A DNA stretch of 63,298 nucleotides from assembly GCA_040005555.1 (NCBI GenBank), contig JBDTYT010000002.1, positions 1 through 63,298 on the forward strand. The letters run 5' to 3'. The notes beneath the pieces are model-generated. The model did not search any database and was not told where the DNA came from. It saw only the letters and a list, made by a program, of their open reading frames with translations. Origin of the DNA: Actinomycetota bacterium (GTDB taxonomy: Bacteria > Actinomycetota > UBA4738 > HRBIN12). The first letter of the stretch is position 1. Every line of letters starts with the position of its first letter. Made by a program: the position numbers and the translations under genes. Shown here piece after piece: positions 63,083-63,298 of this stretch.

Positions 63083-63298
63083 TCAGCCGATCTGGATGAG
63101 GCCCAGGGAAACCGCTCGCGAGATCGCCTGGACGCGGTTGCGGACGCCGAGCTTGCGATAGAGCCTGGCGACGTGCGCTTCGACGGTCCGCGGCGACAGC
63201 CCCAAGCGCGTCGCGACCTGCTTCACGGTGAGTCCTTCGCTCACGAACTCCAAGATCTCGAGCTCGCGCGAGGTGATCTTCGCTTCCGCGGCCGAGGA
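63083..63298 (-). CDS. LuxR-family HTH protein, C-terminal part (5' end outside the window)
   Basis: Reverse translation to the window edge gives SSAAEAKITSRELEILEFVSEGLTVKQVATRLGLSPRTVEAHVARLYRKLGVRNRVQAISRAVSLGLIQIG*. Confidence 0.8.
   Translation of the reverse strand, partial: SSAAEAKITSRELEILEFVSEGLTVKQVATRLGLSPRTVEAHVARLYRKLGVRNRVQAISRAVSLGLIQIG

Overview
This is a high-GC, densely coding, actinobacterial-type chromosomal segment with about 65 genes. I recognised no rRNA, tRNA, CRISPR array, transposase or integrase by eye. Many long ORFs in the track are alternate-frame or antisense shadow ORFs (Arg/Pro/Gly-rich), and many true genes needed their 5' ends trimmed. At least 14 gene pairs share a 4-nt GTGA or ATGA stop/start overlap, which I used to pick starts and infer operons.

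Blocks from left to right:
1. A truncated FtsX-type permease followed by two exported beta-propeller lipoproteins.
2. A PucR-regulated putrescine/GABA module: two aldehyde dehydrogenases and gabT.
3. An MFS exporter, then a lower-GC gap holding an amber-interrupted ORF.
4. A cyanophycin locus, cphB-cphA1-dksA-like. It is faced by a convergent CphA paralog that keeps the N domain and the Mur-ligase (M) domain but has no ATP-grasp (G) domain. This is my best candidate for something undescribed.
5. Two DNA-alkylation repair genes, each translationally coupled to a regulator: CGNR zinc finger with an AlkA-like glycosylase, and an ECF sigma factor with Ogt.
6. Mg2+ transport: an MgtE-like permease with a PhoU/TrkA-C partner, and CorA with a receiver-like protein.
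7. ispH, and a secreted transglycosylase-like protein behind a 334-nt leader.
8. A large phosphate/polyphosphate supercluster: ppk1-CYTH/CHAD-NUDIX/His-phosphatase; two DUF47 genes around a PiT transporter; and pstSCAB-phoU with the response regulator as the last gene. The cognate-looking kinase is divergent across a PHO-box-like direct repeat.
9. The Actinobacteria-restricted triad of His-phosphatase, DUF3090 and SCO1664-family genes.
10. A same-strand string encoding a prenyltransferase-like protein, a TAT-exported DUF362 protein, two lipoproteins and a rhomboid protease.
11. A monoderm-type Tad/Flp pilus locus.
12. Two GT-C-like membrane proteins and LuxR-type regulators separated by a roughly 34-bp tandem repeat.

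All domain calls come from reading motifs by eye. No database search was run.
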